A DNA stretch of 64,000 nucleotides from a bacterium (GTDB lineage Bacteria; Acidobacteriota; Blastocatellia; HR10): positions 1-64,000 of the forward strand of contig JBEPZV010000001.1 in NCBI GenBank assembly GCA_041640655.1, given 5' to 3'. Shown here one piece after another: positions 61,923 to 64,000 of this stretch. The notes below the pieces were generated by a model. The model did not search any database, was not told the origin of the DNA, and was given only the letters and a program-made list of their open reading frames with translations. Position numbers and translations under genes: made by a program. Numbering within the stretch: the stretch's first letter is position 1; every line of letters begins with the position of its first letter.

Positions 61923-62144
61923 GGCCGGTCCATCGCCGGATCGTTATCTAACCTCGTCGCCTCGAGCGCGAATCCGTGGTGGGAAATAGCGCATAACGAG
62001 AACCCGGAGGAGGGAGCGCCTCGGATCTGAGGAATCGGCCTCTTCCCCGCTCGACGTTTCATACCCCTTATGAGGACGAAAACGCCGGAGGGCACGCTCG
62101 GAGCACGAGTTCACTCGGCCCACCGGCGCTGATGCGAGAAAGAG

Positions 62145-62200
62145 AGACAAGGCCGTCAATCGAAGGGTCGGGGTCGGGGAACGATTGAGGCCTTGTCTCT
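62145..62200 (-). terminator. Probable stem-loop terminator after the TonB receptor gene
   Basis: gagacaaggcc.tcaatcg ... cgattgaggccttgtctc inverted repeat, U-rich tail on minus strand. Confidence 0.55.
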
Positions 62201-62221
62201 CGCCTTATCTTCCACCCCCGC

Positions 62222-64000
62222 TCAGAAATTCACCTTGAATGCAAACTGAATGATGCGCGGGTCGAATGTTTGTGTAATCCGACCAAAGCTGGTGCTGTTG
62301 ATGTTATGGCTCTCGCCAACGAAGAAGTTAGGCACGTTGAAAATATTGAAGAACTCGGCCCGGAACTCCAGCTCCGTTTGCTCATTGAGCGGCGTGGCGA
62401 AGCGAGTGCGCTTCAGAAGCCCGAAATCGGCATTGAAGAACTGGGGCCCGCTCGCCTGCGTTAATCCCAACGTGCCTAACTGCCCGGCGTTCGGGTTCTG
62501 GAAGAGGTCCGTCTTGGCTCGCCCATCGGGACCGATCAAGCGGGGATCGAACAATAACTTCTCCCCGTTGGGCCCAGTGAACACGCCGGTGTTTTCGCTC
62601 AATTGGTTTCGGGTCAGTGAGGTGAGCACCGTGTTCTTATTCGAGCGGCCACCGCCAGTGCGATTGACCGTACCGCGCGCCGAGACGATCGAGATCGGGC
62701 GCCCGGACCGGCCCTGGACAATGCCGGTGATGGACCATCCGCCGAGCAGCTTGCCCGCCAAGCCGCCGGTGGCGCCCAACCAATGTCGTCCGGGCCCAAT
62801 CGGCAGGTCGTAGACGAAGTTGAAATTGAACACATGCGTCACATCGAACGACGCCCGTTTGAGCTCCAGCGCTCGACCACCTCGAATATCCAGAAACGCG
62901 GAGAAGTTCGTTTGACTGCCCTCGAAATCGGTCAGCACCTTGCTGAAGGTGTAGTTGAACTGCGCCCACAACCCCTGAGAGAAACGGCGGCGCACTTCTG
63001 CCTGCAAGCCATGATAGGTTGATCCCGAGCTGTTGGTCACCAGATCGGTGAACAGTGCGTTGGGGTTGGGCGAGAAGAAATCTCGGGTCAGTTGCGCTCC
63101 GAACTGCTCGCCGCCAAACCCCTTGAAGAACAGGTTCGCGTTGAGCAGGTAGATCGCGGCCAATTGACCGGCCTCGCCCTGAGCAATCAGATTGCGAATG
63201 GTCGCGTTACTGAGCAGGCCGCCCAGTCCGAGCCGGGGAAAGATCTGCAAGGGTTCGCCCCGCGCCGGATCACCGGTGGCAGCCAGGTTGCGCTGCGCCC
63301 GCAGCACATCCTCCACAAAGCCATTCTCCCGCACGATGACTTGATTGAAATCCAAGGCACGGGTCAACTTCACAGCGTGGTTGCCGACATACCGGATTTC
63401 CGCCACCGTATCGCGAGCGATCTCGCGCTGAATGCTCAGTGTCCACTGCTGGACATAAGGCACGCGCAGGTCATCATCAAGGGTGAACAGACCGTTGGCG
63501 AAGTCTAGCGATTGATTGTCCAGGAGCGTTCGCGGCACTTTGAAGGCTGGAGGGGGAACCGTGATGATCCCTCCACGGCCGACGCTGCCGCTCAGGTTGC
63601 GGAGCACAGCCGTTTGCTGCAACCCTTGATTGGAGTTGACCGCATTACTGACGGTGGTGAGGTTATTGTCCACGACATAGGAGAGGCTGTAGCCGGCGCG
63701 AATGGCCGTCTTGCCGGTGCCAAACGGGTCCCAGGAGAAACTGAAGCTGGGGGCGAAGTTGTTGTTGTCATTGCTGAAGAAAGCTCGGCCCACATCATCG
63801 CCCGCGAAATCGAAGACGGCGTTCGGATCGAAGACGACGCCCTGGTCTCGCCGCTTCGGCAAAAGCGCCAGACTATTGGCTTCCGTCGGCACGCCGTACC
63901 ATTCGTAGCGAATGCCGTAACTGAACGTCAGATTGGGCCGGACGCGCCAGGTGTCGCCGCCGTGGAAGGCAAAAATATTCTGCCGCAGTTGCCGGACGTT
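62222..64000 (-). CDS. TonB-dependent receptor (Oar-like), 5' part outside window
   Basis: D.NNFAP, AIRAGY, PYVQQW, FRAEFFNIFN.PNF, PRIIQFAFKVNF. Confidence 0.92.
   Translation of the reverse strand, partial: NVRQLRQNIFAFHGGDTWRVRPNLTFSYGIRYEWYGVPTEANSLALLPKRRDQGVVFDPNAVFDFAGDDVGRAFFSNDNNNFAPSFSFSWDPFGTGKTAIRAGYSLSYVVDNNLTTVSNAVNSNQGLQQTAVLRNLSGSVGRGGIITVPPPAFKVPRTLLDNQSLDFANGLFTLDDDLRVPYVQQWTLSIQREIARDTVAEIRYVGNHAVKLTRALDFNQVIVRENGFVEDVLRAQRNLAATGDPARGEPLQIFPRLGLGGLLSNATIRNLIAQGEAGQLAAIYLLNANLFFKGFGGEQFGAQLTRDFFSPNPNALFTDLVTNSSGSTYHGLQAEVRRRFSQGLWAQFNYTFSKVLTDFEGSQTNFSAFLDIRGGRALELKRASFDVTHVFNFNFVYDLPIGPGRHWLGATGGLAGKLLGGWSITGIVQGRSGRPISIVSARGTVNRTGGGRSNKNTVLTSLTRNQLSENTGVFTGPNGEKLLFDPRLIGPDGRAKTDLFQNPNAGQLGTLGLTQASGPQFFNADFGLLKRTRFATPLNEQTELEFRAEFFNIFNVPNFFVGESHNINSTSFGRITQTFDPRIIQFAFKVNF

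Overview
GC-rich bacterial accessory region. An Acidobacteriota host is inferred from the Oar-like TonB receptor and the ECF sigma/Ser-Thr kinase pair. From left to right it contains: (i) a phased 11-bp tandem array; (ii) an ECF sigma-kinase pair split by a four-helix-bundle gene bracketed by inverted 7-mer repeats; (iii) two tandem 'reverse' integrons, each with intI co-directional with its cassettes and its own attI and Pc, carrying about 8 cassettes including a gene-less one; (iv) miscellaneous enzymes; (v) a decaying glucoamylase/oxidative pentose-phosphate cluster with an IS607/TnpB element in pgl; (vi) a ~24-kb heavy-metal/thiol-redox island built from four MerR-type promoter modules. 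The strongest signal is in that island. Six genes that the ORF track splits are each interrupted by one in-frame TGA at a Cys-equivalent position, followed by a SECIS-like hairpin: two paralogous secreted HMA proteins, a MerT-like CU transporter, two DUF3179 UxxC proteins and an OsmC-like protein. This suggests a selenocysteine-based metal-handling system with no intact canonical MerA in the window. A second signal is a ~38-bp palindromic micro-element (~17 copies) that inserts as a frame-preserving +42 nt at CCG inside several genes. All calls are by eye and no searches were run.
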